The position numbers and the translations under genes are program-made. Below, one piece after another: positions 17,804-28,375 of a DNA stretch of 64,000 nt; the first letter of the stretch is position 1, and every line of letters begins with the position of its first letter. The stretch spans positions 13,526 through 77,525 of the IMG/VR virus record IMGVR_UViG_3300032605_000009. One strand, written 5' to 3'. The notes beneath the pieces were generated by a model. It saw only the letters and a list, made by a program, of their open reading frames with translations, had not been told where the DNA came from and made no database searches. The stretch comes from a virus.

Positions 17804-17938
17804 ATGGCTAATATCATCTTTGGCGATAAAGATGGCTTCGAAGAGTCAATCTTTCAAAACCTGCCAGGCGCAAGAGATAACCGTAACAATCTACTAATGG
17901 TCACAGCGGCGTTGTTGCTGGGTAAGAAGATTAAGTGA
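17804..17938 (+). CDS. Microprotein (44 aa, MANIIFGDKD...)
   Basis: AGGAG SD; GTGA overlap with the next gene. Confidence 0.6.
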   Translation: MANIIFGDKDGFEESIFQNLPGARDNRNNLLMVTAALLLGKKIK

Positions 17939-18258
17939 ACCTCCAGGACGATCCCGAGGTAACCCGAAAGATAAACAGCCTGTTAACAGGCGCCTTTCGC
18001 ACGCACGCAGTAAAGACTGGGTGGACAAAAGACCTAGCAGATGCGGTAACCGTACGCTTTGACGGCGATAACTTTGAGTATGTGATCAACCCTGCCTATA
18101 AGGAGAAGGTTGATAATGCTGAGTATGGCGACGGATCAAGCGGCCCTAAGCGAGCCATGTTTACCTTTACCCATGAAGCCAGCGAGATCATTGCTGATGT
18201 AGCTGACGAAGCAATTATGGATTACATCTTTGGTGAGCAGCAGGGGGAGATCGCCTAA
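17935..18258 (+). CDS. Putative neck/tail completion protein
   Basis: Contains AEYGDG motif; lies before the tail terminator. Confidence 0.5.
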   Translation: MNLQDDPEVTRKINSLLTGAFRTHAVKTGWTKDLADAVTVRFDGDNFEYVINPAYKEKVDNAEYGDGSSGPKRAMFTFTHEASEIIADVADEAIMDYIFGEQQGEIA

Positions 18259-18905
18259 TGTTTATCCTACGAGAAGACTTAGCCCTAAAGAACTGGCTAT
18301 CAGGTATCAAAGTATCTGACGGCGTTAGCTCTATGCGCCCTGTTCAGGTTTGGTTTACCCTGCCTGAAGTTGAAGTTCGTTCTCAATCCTACCCTTACAT
18401 CACCATAGACCTTATTGATATTCGTCAGTCAAATGAGCGCCAAGCGTCTGGCACAATCTATGACGCAGACTTTGGCGGAACAGTAGCCCCAGAAGATGGA
18501 GTGGTCTACTCATACGAGTACCCAGTTACATATGACCTTTACTACCAGATCACCACATACTCTCGTAACCCACGTCATGATCGAGCCCTGCTTAATGTTT
18601 TTATGAAGTACGCAACCCCAGGCAAGTATGGTCATCTTCCACTTCCAAATGACTATGGAACTGACGATACCAACACTACCTATGAGTGGCGCCACATGTT
18701 TGTGGAAGGCTTTGTAAAACGCGACGTTATCGAAGATAACCGTCGCCTATTTAGAAACACAATAACTGTTCGCGTGCTTACTGAGCTAACTCAGGAAGCC
18801 GCAAGCAACGCTCTCTACGAAGTAGAGAACGTAGACATCACGACGAATATATCGAGCATACCAACTGGATACACCCCGGTCCAAGATACGGTCACTTCCG
18901 ACTAA
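18258..18905 (+). CDS. Putative tail terminator / sheath stabiliser
   Basis: YPYITIDL..., PVTYDLYYQITTY motifs; directly before the sheath. Confidence 0.55.
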   Translation: MFILREDLALKNWLSGIKVSDGVSSMRPVQVWFTLPEVEVRSQSYPYITIDLIDIRQSNERQASGTIYDADFGGTVAPEDGVVYSYEYPVTYDLYYQITTYSRNPRHDRALLNVFMKYATPGKYGHLPLPNDYGTDDTNTTYEWRHMFVEGFVKRDVIEDNRRLFRNTITVRVLTELTQEAASNALYEVENVDITTNISSIPTGYTPVQDTVTSD

Positions 18906-18923
18906 CCAATCAAGGAGATATAA

Positions 18924-20453
18924 ATGGCAGTTTATCAACAGCCAGGCGTATACGTTCAAGAAGTCTTGAGCGCAGTACCGCCTACAGTTGGAGCCTCGAC
19001 AGCCGCTATAGGAGCATTCCTAGGAGCTATCAACCAGGGTCCTCTAACACCTACAGTAGTAACCAAGTGGTCTGATTTCGTTAACCTCTACGGAGGATTT
19101 GTTGGCGATGCTACAGACAACCTACGTCTTGCAGTCAAGTCTTTCCTAGTAGACAACAATGGTGGAGCTTGTGCAGTCCAGCGTGTACTAGGTACTGGAA
19201 CAGCTACATCTACCCAGTCTTTCTATGACAGCTCAGGAACTGGCGGAACAGCTGGTTCAGCAATCTCTATCGTTATCTCTGCAGCCAACCCAGGCGCATG
19301 GGGCAACAAGATCTATGTAGACATCGTAAAGACAACAGCTACAGCTGCAACCTTTACTCTTGTTGTTCACGTAGGCGATGGCACATCCTCAACAATCGTT
19401 GAGACATGGCCTAACCTATCTATGTCATCAACAGACCCACGCTACGTAGTTAACTTTGTTAACAGCAACTCAAAGTATGTAGTCGTTTCTCTTCCTTTGT
19501 CAAATGGTACAACAGCTTCTTCACCAGCTAACGTCCCTGTGTCACAAACCGCACAGCCATTGGCTTCTGGTGTAGACGCTACAGGTGGACAAACAGCTAC
19601 TTCTGTTGCTGGAGCTGTAAACAGCTTTGACACCATCACTCAGACCTTGGTGCTTAACGCCCCAGGAATTACTGATGCTACAAACGTAAATACAATCTTG
19701 GCATACGCAGCTACACGTGGAGACGTGTTCGTAGTCATCGACCCTATCGCTGACACAGTAGCTAACCAACTAACCTTGGCTGCTTCTTACACCTCAACCT
19801 CTTACGGCGCTGTGTACTACCCACAGATCACAGTTGCTGATCCAACATCTTCTGCCCCAGGCGTAGTGCGCACGATCAACCCTGGTGGAGCTGTTGTAGC
19901 TCAGTACCTTGTAACAGACCACGTAACTGGGCCATTCAAGGCTCCAGCTGGTATCAAGACACGTATTGGTGGAGCTGTATCAGTTGCAGCTTTGACCAAC
20001 ACTAACTTGGCTTCAATGAACAGCGCTGCTGCCCCTGTTAACGCAATTCGTTTCGTTCCAGGCTCAGGCATCGTAATCATGGGCGCTCGTACCCTACAAC
20101 CAGGGTACTCAACAATGTACGTGCCCGTCCGTCGTTCTCTTCAATACATTGAAAAGGCGCTTACAAACCTTACACAGTTTGCAATCTTTGAGCCAAACGA
20201 TCAACGTCTATGGCGTCAACTATCAGCAACTGTAGGTAACTTCCTCACAGACTACTGGCGTCAAGGTGGTTTGAGCGGTTCAACACCAGCTCAAGCTTTC
20301 TACGCTGTCTGCGATAGCACAAACAACACATCAGTAACCATCAACAATGGTGAGCTTCACATTGATGTGGGTGTTGCCCTAGAACGTCCAGCAGAGTTCG
20401 TCGTAATTCGTATTTCACAATACGACGGCGGCACAACAGTAACCACAGCATAA
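18924..20453 (+). CDS. Tail sheath protein
   Basis: PGVYVQE, ANPGAWGN, KAPAG, GARTL, YVPVRR, FEPND, PAEFVVIRI motifs. Confidence 0.95.
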   Translation: MAVYQQPGVYVQEVLSAVPPTVGASTAAIGAFLGAINQGPLTPTVVTKWSDFVNLYGGFVGDATDNLRLAVKSFLVDNNGGACAVQRVLGTGTATSTQSFYDSSGTGGTAGSAISIVISAANPGAWGNKIYVDIVKTTATAATFTLVVHVGDGTSSTIVETWPNLSMSSTDPRYVVNFVNSNSKYVVVSLPLSNGTTASSPANVPVSQTAQPLASGVDATGGQTATSVAGAVNSFDTITQTLVLNAPGITDATNVNTILAYAATRGDVFVVIDPIADTVANQLTLAASYTSTSYGAVYYPQITVADPTSSAPGVVRTINPGGAVVAQYLVTDHVTGPFKAPAGIKTRIGGAVSVAALTNTNLASMNSAAAPVNAIRFVPGSGIVIMGARTLQPGYSTMYVPVRRSLQYIEKALTNLTQFAIFEPNDQRLWRQLSATVGNFLTDYWRQGGLSGSTPAQAFYAVCDSTNNTSVTINNGELHIDVGVALERPAEFVVIRISQYDGGTTVTTA

Positions 20454-20467
20454 GGAGATAAATAAAC

Positions 20468-21112
20468 ATGCCAACTAATGACGTTTCACGTTGGGGTTCG
20501 GTTGCGACTGATCCGCTACGTAATTTCCGATTCCAGGTTGAGTTCTTGCCTCCTTCAAACGGTGGTACCTACTTTAACCCTGCGTCAACAGCAGCAACAA
20601 CAGGCTTCTCTGGTGGATTCACCAGCGTATCTGGCCTAACCATCAACACACAGGCTATTGCCTACCGTGAAGGTGGATACAACACTACTGTTCACCAGAT
20701 CCCTGGAATGACAACATTCAACCCTATCGTGCTCAGCCGCGGTATGGTCTATGGTCAAGATCAAGCTATCACATGGATGCGTGCCCTATTTGCAGCAGCA
20801 GCTGGCGATGGAATCGCACTAGGTTCTTCAGACTTCCGTTTAGACCTTAACATCTATGTAAACGATCACCCATCAACAACAAGTGCACCGAACTCAGCTT
20901 CTGGCGCAGCAGGATCAAACACACCTCTTGTTCTCTTCCGCGTCCACAACGCTTGGATCAGCACCTTGTCATACAACGATCTAAACGGTACAGACAACAA
21001 TATCTTGTTTGAGGGTATCACCCTTGTCCACGAAGGCTTGTCAGTTGAGTTCGTTGATAGCACAGGAGCACCATACACAGGAAAGAGTGGAGTGGCTCCA
21101 GCCGCTTACTAA
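20468..21112 (+). CDS. Tail tube protein (T4 gp19-like)
   Basis: DPLRNFRFQVE, YREGG, IVLSRG, NAW, LVHEG motifs. Confidence 0.9.
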   Translation: MPTNDVSRWGSVATDPLRNFRFQVEFLPPSNGGTYFNPASTAATTGFSGGFTSVSGLTINTQAIAYREGGYNTTVHQIPGMTTFNPIVLSRGMVYGQDQAITWMRALFAAAAGDGIALGSSDFRLDLNIYVNDHPSTTSAPNSASGAAGSNTPLVLFRVHNAWISTLSYNDLNGTDNNILFEGITLVHEGLSVEFVDSTGAPYTGKSGVAPAAY

Positions 21113-21134
21113 TACTTAACAAGGAGAACAATTC

Positions 21135-21932
21135 GTGTCACAAATTACCGATGCAGCCACAATTAATAAACTATCCGAACAGATGTCTCTATCCAGCGGA
21201 GAGCCAAACGTCGAAGTTACGACTGAGGCTCCCGCTGATAGCAGAGTCCATCTACCTGGAGGTTATATTAAGCCTGATGGCACTGTAGTCAAATATGTAG
21301 AAGTCCGAGAGCTTAACGGAATCGATGAAGAAGCTATCGCTAAGTCTGGTACACCAGCCAAAGCGCTTCTGACAATTCTTGCCCGTGGGCTTGTTGACGT
21401 CGACGGAGATCGACCATCCAAAGATGTCTTGGATGCCCTTCTTTCAGGAGACAGAGACGCAATCATGCTGGGTATCCGAAAGGTTACGTTTGGCAAAGAA
21501 GCCAAGCTTGAGTCTTTTTGCCCAACATGCGAGAAGGTTCATATCTTCGACATTGACCTAGACAAGGACGTCAAGGTTACTGAACTAGATAACCCGATCG
21601 ACGACCGCAGTTGGACAGCAAAGATCAAGAAGGGCGAGGTCACTTTAGTACTTCCTAACGGCATTACCCAGCGTAAGGTCATGGAAGCATCAGATAAGAC
21701 TACCGCCGAGATCAACACCATGATCCTGTCTGGATGCGTTCTAGCTGTTAATGGCTCACCTGCACGTCCGAACACCGTACTAGAACTTGGCATACAAGAC
21801 CGTGAAACTCTCATCTTAGAGATTATGGACCGCAACCCTGGTCCCCGCCTCATGGGGGTGACAAAGGCCTGCGAGGCATGTGGAACAGAAGTTGCTGTAC
21901 CGCTCAGCCTGGCTGCTTTGTTTCGCCTATAA
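21135..21932 (+). CDS. Tail assembly chaperone / T4 gp26-like baseplate hub assembly protein
   Basis: VRELNGIDEE, LLSGDRDAIMLGIR, two CxxC; lies between tube and tape measure. Confidence 0.7.
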   Translation: MSQITDAATINKLSEQMSLSSGEPNVEVTTEAPADSRVHLPGGYIKPDGTVVKYVEVRELNGIDEEAIAKSGTPAKALLTILARGLVDVDGDRPSKDVLDALLSGDRDAIMLGIRKVTFGKEAKLESFCPTCEKVHIFDIDLDKDVKVTELDNPIDDRSWTAKIKKGEVTLVLPNGITQRKVMEASDKTTAEINTMILSGCVLAVNGSPARPNTVLELGIQDRETLILEIMDRNPGPRLMGVTKACEACGTEVAVPLSLAALFRL

Positions 21933-22065
21933 GGAAAAAGATTATGAGGCCTTGCTTGACCAGTACGAATGGTTAACAAGGGCGTTTACTGGATGGACGT
22001 TAGCCGATATTCGCAACATGTCCTTCAGAGAACGTAAAAACTGGATTGAACGTTCACGTAGATAA
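21922..22065 (+). CDS. Probable frameshift extension of the tail chaperone (+1 frame)
   Basis: YEALLDQYEWLTRAFTGWTLADIRNMSFRER resembles chaperone GT-type extensions; no convincing own start. Confidence 0.55.
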   Translation, partial: FAYKEKDYEALLDQYEWLTRAFTGWTLADIRNMSFRERKNWIERSRR

Positions 22066-22079
22066 GTAAGGAGGTTAGT

Positions 22080-24347
22080 ATGGCTGGTTCAGGTATGGAC
22101 AATCTTAACTCAAGCATTGGTCAGTTTAATTCAACCCTTGAGAGAACTAAGAACTCCATTTCTGGCATTGTCCAGGAGATTACTACCTTTGCCGACGCCA
22201 TGCGTGGCGGAGTCTCATCTACTAGCGGTGGAAGCAGCGCTGTACCTCAAGGCTCCAGCGCAGCTACTCCTCGCTTCTCTGCACCTTCTTCTGCCTCTGG
22301 TATCGGCAGCGGAATCACTAACTTCCTGGCTTCTATCCCAGCAGTTATGGGTGCAGCGCTTGGAAGTCCAGCTTCTATCGCCTCATACCAGCTTGGTACA
22401 TCTCGCTCAGCGTTCTTTGCTAATCAATCTTACGGAGCTAACGCTGCCAGCCAGATGCAGATGTCTCTTAGCGGAACAGCTAATAGCTCTACTGATGCCT
22501 TAGCAGCTCAGGCAGCCCTGCAATCAGCAGGTATCTTTAATATTCAGCAGTTTGGTAAAGGCGTATCCTCCCTTTCAAACTATGCTCCAGGACTAGGCCT
22601 TGCTGGAACAGCTATGGCTACAGCTTCCTTGAACTCAGCTCAGACTGTAAACAAACTTAACATGCTTGGTATTAGCGAGCGAGGTTCTAACGGACTTGCT
22701 CTCGACCCAAACACAATCATCAATGAGTTCGTAGACATGATCTTCGCTAAGACTCCTCAGCTACAGCAGGGATCAGCCGCAGCCTACTCATACTTGATGG
22801 GCGCCTTGGAATCAGGCAATCAGCTTAACATTATGTTAAGTACGTACTTTACAGACCCTAATCTTATCAACCTTGTTATTACTAAGTTGTTTGCTAAGGC
22901 TAAGGGTCTTCCAGACAACGCAACTAAGTCTCAGTTAACAGCAGCTGGCATTACCACTAAGACCACAAACTTAATGAGTAACTACAACGCTGCTCAACTT
23001 AACCTTACTCAAGCCACTACTAACGGAATCCTTCAGGGATCTGACGCGGCGCTCTCACAATTAACTAGTGCTACAAATGATTTTGCTGGTGCAGCCAAGA
23101 ACCTTAATGGTCTTCTAAAAGCATACGGATACGGCGAGACAATGCTTGGTGGCTTTAATGGAGCTGTCACGTTACTAGCTACCTCTATTGCAGGAAATCT
23201 ACTTGGGCCTCTTCTTTCACTCCTTAGCGGAGGCAAAGGCGGCCTTGGTGGACTTCTTTCTACAGGAAAAGGCCTTCTAGGTGTAGCAGCTAGCGCACTT
23301 GCTGGATACGGCGTTGGAGATGTTGTTGCACAGGGCGGTAAAGCACTAGGTAACGCACTAGGTACTTCATCTACAGTTACAAGAGCAGGTTCAGCAGCTG
23401 CTGCTGCAGGAGCGGGAGCCTTAGCTGGTGCCGCTATTCCAATTCTTGGTGAGACAGGTATTAGCGAAGTAATCGGAGCTATTGCTGGCGGTATTAGCGG
23501 ATGGCTTCACTCTAAGCCAGCAACTACTACAGGCGCTGGATCTGGAAGTGGTCGTGGAGCTACAGTATCTCCTTCTAATACCATGGGTGGAGGAAGTACT
23601 GCACCTGTATCTGCACTTCTTACTACAGCCGCATCTCAAATTGGAGTTCCATACTCTTGGGGTGGCGGTGGCGTAAACGGACCAAGTTCTGGTTTTGCTC
23701 AAGGCGCTGGAACCGTAGGCTTTGACTGCTCTAGCTTTGTCCAGTATGTATTTTCTAAGCAAGGTGTTTCACTTCCTAGAACAACTTATGCTCAGGTTAA
23801 CTGCGGAACTGCAGTTCCTCCGTTGCAGGCTCAGCCAGGAGACCTTCTTTTCTTTGGTAGCGCAACCGCACCAGACCACGTTGCTATCTACCTAGGTGGA
23901 GGCCGCATTATTCAAGCCCCTCATACTGGTGGTGTAGTAAGTATTGCTGGTGTAGACCTAAGTACCGTATCTGCTTGTCGCCGAGTTCTAAACGGCTCAG
24001 GCAACGGTGTTCAAATGTCTACCCTGTTTAACTCTCAAGTTATGTCGTCTATTGGCATGGGCAGCTCACCTATGCCTAATACTGTTGGCGGCTTTAGTGC
24101 TGCTGGTGGAATGGGCGGTGCTCTATCGGCTCTCTCAGGAACTGCTACAGCTGCACCTTCAACAGTTGCTGGGTATAGCAGTGCAGTTTCTTCTGGGTCA
24201 GGAGTTGCCACAACATCAGGTAGCGGCATCACTATTAACGTAACAGTACCAGCCTCTACAAGCCCTAATGCTATAGCGCAGACTACCAAGGCTGTAGCAA
24301 CCGCTGTACAGCAGGGCATAGCAAGAGCTAACGCAAGGAGCAACTAA
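22080..24347 (+). CDS. Tape measure protein with C-terminal NlpC/P60 peptidase
   Basis: A/G/S-rich helical body; GVPYSWGG...FDCSSFV...PGDLLFF...HVAIY...IQAPH. Confidence 0.85.
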   Translation: MAGSGMDNLNSSIGQFNSTLERTKNSISGIVQEITTFADAMRGGVSSTSGGSSAVPQGSSAATPRFSAPSSASGIGSGITNFLASIPAVMGAALGSPASIASYQLGTSRSAFFANQSYGANAASQMQMSLSGTANSSTDALAAQAALQSAGIFNIQQFGKGVSSLSNYAPGLGLAGTAMATASLNSAQTVNKLNMLGISERGSNGLALDPNTIINEFVDMIFAKTPQLQQGSAAAYSYLMGALESGNQLNIMLSTYFTDPNLINLVITKLFAKAKGLPDNATKSQLTAAGITTKTTNLMSNYNAAQLNLTQATTNGILQGSDAALSQLTSATNDFAGAAKNLNGLLKAYGYGETMLGGFNGAVTLLATSIAGNLLGPLLSLLSGGKGGLGGLLSTGKGLLGVAASALAGYGVGDVVAQGGKALGNALGTSSTVTRAGSAAAAAGAGALAGAAIPILGETGISEVIGAIAGGISGWLHSKPATTTGAGSGSGRGATVSPSNTMGGGSTAPVSALLTTAASQIGVPYSWGGGGVNGPSSGFAQGAGTVGFDCSSFVQYVFSKQGVSLPRTTYAQVNCGTAVPPLQAQPGDLLFFGSATAPDHVAIYLGGGRIIQAPHTGGVVSIAGVDLSTVSACRRVLNGSGNGVQMSTLFNSQVMSSIGMGSSPMPNTVGGFSAAGGMGGALSALSGTATAAPSTVAGYSSAVSSGSGVATTSGSGITINVTVPASTSPNAIAQTTKAVATAVQQGIARANARSN

Positions 24348-25999
24348 TGGCATCTCGTAACTCATCTGTAAAAACTAATGCTCAGTGGGTCGCCTACGCG
24401 TCGTCCTACATCAACGACAGCACCAACACACTATCTATCAGAAGTAAGCTATCAACTTTGCAAACCGCCTATACAATCAACATGGCTAATGCTCAAGCCT
24501 CTCTTGACAACCAAAACGGCGTTTTCAATGGAACTCTTCCTGAGGACGTTATTGGTGGCAGAAACTATAACTTCAGTGCTATTCAAAAAGCTATTGAGGA
24601 CAGCTCTGTTGTTATCAATAACGTTGAGTTCTCTAACAGCCTTGCATACGGAGACCAATCTAACCTGCAAGCTTACTTAAATTATAAGTATTCAGCTGAT
24701 ATCGGGGCGTACGCTAACAGCCACGGCGAGTGGGTCCTCAACCTACACGATGCTGTGGACTTCTATACTAAAGAGCCTTTGCTTAGCGAAATGAACAGTT
24801 ATGTTCCTAGACTTACTGGAGCCAATCAAACAGCTGCGCTAAACTTTATTGCCGATCTACCCCAACTAACTAAAACAGTTGTGGACAAGATGGCCAAGGT
24901 TACTGCCAGCATTAAAACGATTACTGCCTCGCTAGATATTGAAAAAGGTAGCATTACTACTAGCTACGTTAATCAAGTTAAAGCCTTAATCGGTGGAGGA
25001 AAGCCCCAAAGCCCTACAGTTGTTGGTTCAGGTGGGGCTAACGGCGGTACTGGCGGCGGAGGTAAGCCAGCAAAGACTAACCTCAATGGGTCTGATCCAA
25101 GCTCTACTGACACGCCTCCATCTAAGTATCCTCCTACAGCTGAGTTCAATCTTCCTCCACATCAATGGAGTCTTCCACTAAGCGCTAAGACCATGGAGCC
25201 TGCTTTATCTTCAGCAGCATCCCAGTCTGGTGACGTGAACCGCAGAGGTCGTTTTTGGTTCTATGCAGACAGCGCTACTCAATACACGGCTAAAGCCAAT
25301 GCCGCAAGAGACTACGGATTCCAATTCATTTGGAACCCTACAGACTACTCAGTAAGCGTAGCTTTGAACCCAGACGTCACTCCTTCATCATCTATGTACT
25401 GGGGAACAGCCCTTCCTGTGTTCCCAAGCGGTGAAAATCTATCTGTATCGATCATCTTGGACCGTACAAATGACTTTGCTTGCTTTGGCCCATACGCCAG
25501 CACAATTGGAGCAGCAACTATCGTCGGACAAGCTACTGCCGCGAACCCTGCAAACCAGGACCTACTAAATGCCCTTACAAATCTAGAGCAAGCTCTTACA
25601 GACACCGCCAGCAACGTGACTGCAGCACAATTTACTCCGTACTACGCAAACGCGGGAACCAACGTAGAAACTCAAATTGCTGATCTTATGCGCCGAGGAA
25701 CTCTGGCTGACCTTGAGTACCTATACAAGTGCATTAACGGTGATGGCTGGGTGCGGTTAGATCAGGCAACCTCAGATATCGGATTCTTGGCTATGACACT
25801 AGTAGAGATCGAGCTGGGGCCTATGCGCTACCTTGGGTATCTAAATAACCTAAATATTAGTCATCAAAAGTTTACGGAAGAGATGATTCCGCTTACAAGC
25901 CAGGTAGACCTGCAGTTTGTACTTATGGCATCTGCTTCTGTTGCACAGTCTTCCTCACTTTCTAGAACTGGAACAGGAGCGGCGGTGGCTACATCATGA
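24347..25999 (+). CDS. Tail tube initiator / baseplate-associated protein
   Basis: C-terminal FQFIWNP...LDR domain; position after the tape measure. Confidence 0.55.
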   Translation: MASRNSSVKTNAQWVAYASSYINDSTNTLSIRSKLSTLQTAYTINMANAQASLDNQNGVFNGTLPEDVIGGRNYNFSAIQKAIEDSSVVINNVEFSNSLAYGDQSNLQAYLNYKYSADIGAYANSHGEWVLNLHDAVDFYTKEPLLSEMNSYVPRLTGANQTAALNFIADLPQLTKTVVDKMAKVTASIKTITASLDIEKGSITTSYVNQVKALIGGGKPQSPTVVGSGGANGGTGGGGKPAKTNLNGSDPSSTDTPPSKYPPTAEFNLPPHQWSLPLSAKTMEPALSSAASQSGDVNRRGRFWFYADSATQYTAKANAARDYGFQFIWNPTDYSVSVALNPDVTPSSSMYWGTALPVFPSGENLSVSIILDRTNDFACFGPYASTIGAATIVGQATAANPANQDLLNALTNLEQALTDTASNVTAAQFTPYYANAGTNVETQIADLMRRGTLADLEYLYKCINGDGWVRLDQATSDIGFLAMTLVEIELGPMRYLGYLNNLNISHQKFTEEMIPLTSQVDLQFVLMASASVAQSSSLSRTGTGAAVATS

Positions 26000-26280
26000 G
26001 TATTGATATTAACTCTCGTTACTACTACTCAACTATTGATTACATCCAACTTGTGGAGGACAGCGATAACAAAGCTATTGTCTTTTATGAGTTCGACACC
26101 ATCGGAACGATCACCTATACAAAGCATATATACGTAGAAGGCGAACGCTTAGACTCAATCGCCTACAAGTACTGGGGACGATCAAACCTCTGGTGGGTAA
26201 TCCCTGAGTACAACCCATCTATAACCGACTTTACTAATATCGCACCTGGAACAGAATTGATCATCCCTACAAATGTTTAA
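25996..26280 (+). CDS. LysM-like baseplate protein (gp53/tail X-like)
   Basis: EGERLDSIAYKYWG...LWWVI..YNP....PGTELIIP. Confidence 0.8.
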   Translation: MSIDINSRYYYSTIDYIQLVEDSDNKAIVFYEFDTIGTITYTKHIYVEGERLDSIAYKYWGRSNLWWVIPEYNPSITDFTNIAPGTELIIPTNV

Positions 26281-27607
26281 TTTCATAGACATTGAGTTTC
26301 CTAATTCAGGGCTGCCTTTAGTTCTTTCCTACAGAACTACCTTCCATCAAGCTAGATATGAGCATGAAGAAGTAACCATGTACATAAAGAACTGGGGCGT
26401 TCAGTATGCCCGAATTCAAAACGGAACCCCTATTCAAGCTACCTTTAAGTCCCCTACTGGGTCTAGGACCTTTCAAGGGTACGTCCACAGCGTAACTCCA
26501 GACCTATCTCCAGGAAAAAACTTCGCTCAGGTAGTCGCTTACGGCGCGTCGTACGTTATGAAGCAAGCCTCTCAAAAGATCTGGACTAACGTAACTGCGG
26601 ATACCGTGGTGGCTGAAATTGCTAAGAAGTATGGTTTTTCTTATAACGCTATGCCGCACCCACGTGTCTACGACCACTTAATTCAAGCGGGAGAGTCTGA
26701 TTGGGCTTTTCTAGTAAAGCTAGCAAAACAATGCGGTTACTCTCTAAGAGCTGAGAACACAGCACTTTACTTTAACGAAATTACAAATGACTACAAGCAG
26801 AACTTTCAAAGCGCTAAATATGCCATTATGCGTGAAGCTAACAGCTCTCTTGGTAGCAGCATGTTTAAGTTTACTCCAGAGGTATCTGAAGCAAATGACA
26901 TTGATGCTGGAGTCATGAAGGCTGCTACAGCTGTAGGCGGAGTCAACCTAGATACAGCTACTGCAATAGTCACCACTAATCAAAGCAGACCTACGACCAC
27001 AAAGACCGTCTCTAAGTCTGAAATGTTCGACAGATTCTCTCCTACTGTTGTGATATCTAATGGAAACGTAGCTTCTTCTGAGGCTAAAGCCGCAGATGAG
27101 CGAGCTAGATACCCATATCGTGGAAGCGTTCAACTGCTGGGCGATGCCACACTAAAGCCAGATCTTCCAATTTACTTAGACGGCCTAGGCACTGAGTACT
27201 CTGGGTACTGGACAATTCTAAGCGCTGACCACATATTTGAAGAACACATGTATACAACTGAACTGCATGTGGGTTCTGATTCTTTAGGCAAAGCTTCTCC
27301 TGGATTTACAGGTAGCCCAGACCTAATACCTTCAACGGTACCAAAAAGGCAGATTACGCCAAATGTTGCTCAGACAAATAAGAAGGTAACTTCAAGCTTA
27401 TCTCAAAACTCTCGTGCTGTTAACGGGGCAACCAAATCGACTAGCCTTGTTGCCACTAACAACAGAAAGCAGCCTAAGGTAGGAAGAACCGATTCTTCTA
27501 GCTCCGCTAAGTGGTCTGGGCCAGTAACTAATTTACTAAGTGCGCCTAAGAAAACTAACTTATCATCAGCAGCTGTAGCTAAGTTAAGGAGTACAGGTGT
27601 CCGATAA
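26273..27607 (+). CDS. Baseplate hub (gpD/gp27-like)
   Basis: QAGESDWAFLVKLA and SGYW motifs. Confidence 0.8.
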   Translation: MFNFIDIEFPNSGLPLVLSYRTTFHQARYEHEEVTMYIKNWGVQYARIQNGTPIQATFKSPTGSRTFQGYVHSVTPDLSPGKNFAQVVAYGASYVMKQASQKIWTNVTADTVVAEIAKKYGFSYNAMPHPRVYDHLIQAGESDWAFLVKLAKQCGYSLRAENTALYFNEITNDYKQNFQSAKYAIMREANSSLGSSMFKFTPEVSEANDIDAGVMKAATAVGGVNLDTATAIVTTNQSRPTTTKTVSKSEMFDRFSPTVVISNGNVASSEAKAADERARYPYRGSVQLLGDATLKPDLPIYLDGLGTEYSGYWTILSADHIFEEHMYTTELHVGSDSLGKASPGFTGSPDLIPSTVPKRQITPNVAQTNKKVTSSLSQNSRAVNGATKSTSLVATNNRKQPKVGRTDSSSSAKWSGPVTNLLSAPKKTNLSSAAVAKLRSTGVR

Positions 27608-27965
27608 ATATTATGGTTTGTACAGAGCTATCTGTACCGATAACAACGATCCCGCAGGAACGAACAAAATCCGCGTCCAAATACCTTCAATAGTAGGCAC
27701 AACCGATGACAGTGGTGACTTGTTTCAGACTGGGTGGATACCTGGATGTTTACCTGCTGTTGATAACGGAACGCATCTTAACCACACAGATGAGTATACA
27801 ACTACATCGACTTCGATTGGGCCTTACGGTTCACACACTCACAACGTAACCCTGAACGCAGAGCACTCTTCGCATTTAACGGTACCTAACGTAGGGCAGC
27901 CTGTGTGGATCATGTTTGAGCAAGGCGACGTTAACTTTCCAGTATGGATGGGAGTATACCTATGA
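27597..27965 (+). CDS. Baseplate spike OB-fold protein (gp5/gpV-like)
   Basis: GLYRAIC.DN.DP....IRVQIP ... PNVGQPVWIMFEQGD.NFPVWMG; His-rich insertion. Confidence 0.85.
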   Translation: MSDKYYGLYRAICTDNNDPAGTNKIRVQIPSIVGTTDDSGDLFQTGWIPGCLPAVDNGTHLNHTDEYTTTSTSIGPYGSHTHNVTLNAEHSSHLTVPNVGQPVWIMFEQGDVNFPVWMGVYL

Positions 27966-28363
27966 CCGAGAGAGCTATAGCTTTCCCGTTTTCAATTGAC
28001 TCAACTGGGTCGATCTTGACAACCACAAATGAGGAGAAGATCTGGCAAGACAGAGTTGCCTTTGTCCTGCTTACCAATGAAGGCGAAAGAGTTATGCGCC
28101 CTACATTTGGCTCCCAGATAAACGCCCTTATCTTTGAGAACAACTTCTCTAGCACTACTGCCGCCGAACGTGTGGTGGCTGGTGCGTTCTCACGCTGGCT
28201 ACCCACGCTAAAACTGAACAACGTAGTCGCTCTTCCAGACACAGTTAGCGGAGGATTGGTAGTCCAAATTACTTATACTTTACCTAGCGGCCAGCCAGGT
28301 ACGGTCACCACCTATACCAACACAGCAAACATTAACCGCTACGGCGATATCGTAACGAACTAA
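27962..28363 (+). CDS. Baseplate wedge gp25-like protein
   Basis: LLTNEGERVMRPTFGS motif. Confidence 0.9.
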   Translation: MTERAIAFPFSIDSTGSILTTTNEEKIWQDRVAFVLLTNEGERVMRPTFGSQINALIFENNFSSTTAAERVVAGAFSRWLPTLKLNNVVALPDTVSGGLVVQITYTLPSGQPGTVTTYTNTANINRYGDIVTN

Positions 28364-28375
28364 GTAGGAGACCAA

